A DNA stretch of 36,220 nt, taken from positions 1 through 36,220 of the forward strand of contig JALDZS010000220.1 in the NCBI GenBank assembly GCA_022813965.1, read 5' to 3'. The notes beneath the pieces are model-generated. The model made no database searches. It saw only the letters and a program-made list of their open reading frames with translations, and was not told the origin of the DNA. The position numbers were made by a program, and so were the translations under genes. Below are positions 34,526 through 36,220 of this stretch, one piece after another. How positions within the stretch are numbered: position 1 is the stretch's first letter; each line of letters opens with the position of its first letter. This DNA comes from Toensbergia leucococca. Taxonomy: Eukaryota.

Positions 34526-35754
34526 CTAGATGGCCCAGTAGACTCTTATCCTAACCCTTTCAACAGTGTTGATGACTGAACCGCCTCGAGCCCTGACCCA
34601 TAGGGTTATAGATTCACCCACTTCCAAGCTTCGGATGAAAGCGCCGTTAGGATTGAACACTGGTCTCACTGCAAGCTGATAAGCTTCAATCGGCTCAGGG
34701 TAAGCGTCCTCATCCCATCTCCATATCTGGGTGTGCTGCCTGTTTAGCTCTGAAAACGAATTGATGTATTGCACTACTTCTTGCTCATCGACTCGTGGAT
34801 CGCCCATAGCTGGCCTTGTTGGGCGAAAACAATGCGCTGGAGAAGCATCAAGGCCTGTTGATGGCCAAGAATCATTGAAATTCCTAATAGCAGTCATTTT
34901 CTGATCTTCAAATTTCTTCTCGCATTCTTCTAGATTCTGATCAGGAATCAATATCAGGCTTTGGGAAGAATCGATCGATCTTCCTCCTGCGTAGAAGTGA
35001 GACTCGGCTTCCGTCCACCGAATGGGCTCTGACACAGGGTATTCTTGAACCTGGCTATCTACGCCAACGTCGAACCAGGTGCCCCGTACATGGCGGGGCT
35101 TGGGCGTTGGACTCGCAGCATAGATAGGCCGGCCCTGGTCCGTCTCACGACTCAATATCTCAAAAATTATCTTGCGGCATGGATGTTTTCCACGGGGTGC
35201 AACCCATGATGGTCCTTTCAAGGGTCGTATAGAGCTGAAGATGCGTCGTATTTGAGTCCCTATACCGTAATCTTTCCTTTCTACGTCGGCCTGCGTAGAC
35301 ATGCCCAATGGTTCTGTCCGAAGAAGGAAGGTATCCCCATGGCGAAAGTCGGCCGGGGGGAGGCCGGTTGAGACAGGGTAACCGGATGAAAGCACAGGAC
35401 CACGAAGGCTACAAGTAGTATGTGGCCAGTACTCTGCAAGGTCCATGATAACGTCGACGAGCTCTGTGGAGAGGTTCAGGTGAGCTCTTGGGTAGCGGAT
35501 GAGAGCCTTCACAGCAATGACATCGCGCATGGATGGTTCCCAAGGAAGTCTCGCCTAAGATTAATATGAGTAAGTCTTATGAGGTTGTTGCTATGTCGGT
35601 GATCGAAAGAGCGTTAGATATTCCGATGAGTCGGACACAACGAACATACTTCTGGGAATCTCTTCACGTCGTTCTTCTTTGCCAGCTCTTTCTCCCTCTT
35701 AATCCGCATTTTCCGCGCCTGTTCCGCGATCCTACCATTGCCGCACATAACCAT
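34526..35754 (-). CDS. Conserved fungal hypothetical protein with F-box-like LxxELVDxIxDxAEYW motif (2 exons, ~377 aa)
   Basis: Exon 1 35754-35650 (MVMCGNG..RFPE), intron 35649-35555 (GTATGT..TAG), exon 2 35554-34526 (ARLPWEPSMRDV..). Motifs LSTELVDVIMDLAEYW, HPCRKIIFEI, TWFDV, FIRSLEVGESITLWVRAR, VYWAI. Confidence 0.8.
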
Positions 35755-36220
35755 AGGATGCAATTAAAACAAGCAAGAGATATAGATTCAATAGAGGGAC
35801 AGCAAGAACAGCAATGTTTCAAGATCAAAGAAGACGGCAGAGGCAACAATGAGATGATGTCGGCCTTCTCACCAGGTAGCAGCTCGAGCCTCCGGCTGAG
35901 AAGGAGAATATGAATACTATTCTAATACTCTATACTTGCTGCGCCGCAATCCATCGCGCCAGCGGCAGGATTGGTGAAGTTGGCAAATGGCAATCGGGGC
36001 TTCTGCTCTCGGCTCCGAGCATTCCTCGATTTTCCATCAATATAAAAGAAGCTACTGACCCAATCGAATACAAGACGTTCTCCATTCTCCATTCTCCACC
36101 ATCCAGTCGTGATTTATTATTGAAGTGGAGAGGCTTGAGCAAGCGCTAGAATAGGTAGAAAATAGTCTAACCATTTACTACCTAGCTCTGTCTCCGACCA
36201 TCATCCCTCGATCCCTCCAC

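Overview
Intron-containing genomic DNA of a filamentous ascomycete (Pezizomycotina-type GT..AG introns of about 45-95 nt, mostly with CTRAC/CTAAT-like branch points), starting with an 81-nt poly-C run. About 15 protein-coding loci can be reconstructed by splicing the ORF fragments. Intact-looking genes: a MARVEL-type membrane protein, an ADH6/7-like NADP-dependent alcohol dehydrogenase, a small membrane protein, a D-2-hydroxyacid dehydrogenase, a RING-HC protein, an 11-exon cholesterol-oxidase-like GMC oxidoreductase fused to a Cys-nucleophile alpha/beta hydrolase, a co-oriented membrane-anchored HSQG hydrolase, an Rds1 ferritin-like protein and a conserved hypothetical protein. Interleaved loci carry visible lesions: a trypsin-like serine protease (His/Asp/GDSG) with a C-terminal ubiquitin-like domain and a TAG in place of the DWALI Trp, arranged head-to-head with a C-terminally membrane-anchored protein; a membrane glycoprotein gene broken by small insertions/duplications; a Cys-rich secreted protein with an internal TGA; and a frameshifted BTB gene. 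A ~390-nt CpG-free AT-rich tract is also present. The best candidates for an undescribed system are the protease-UBL/membrane-protein head-to-head pair and the GMC-hydrolase/HSQG-hydrolase pair. All family calls come from motif recognition by eye; no searches were run.
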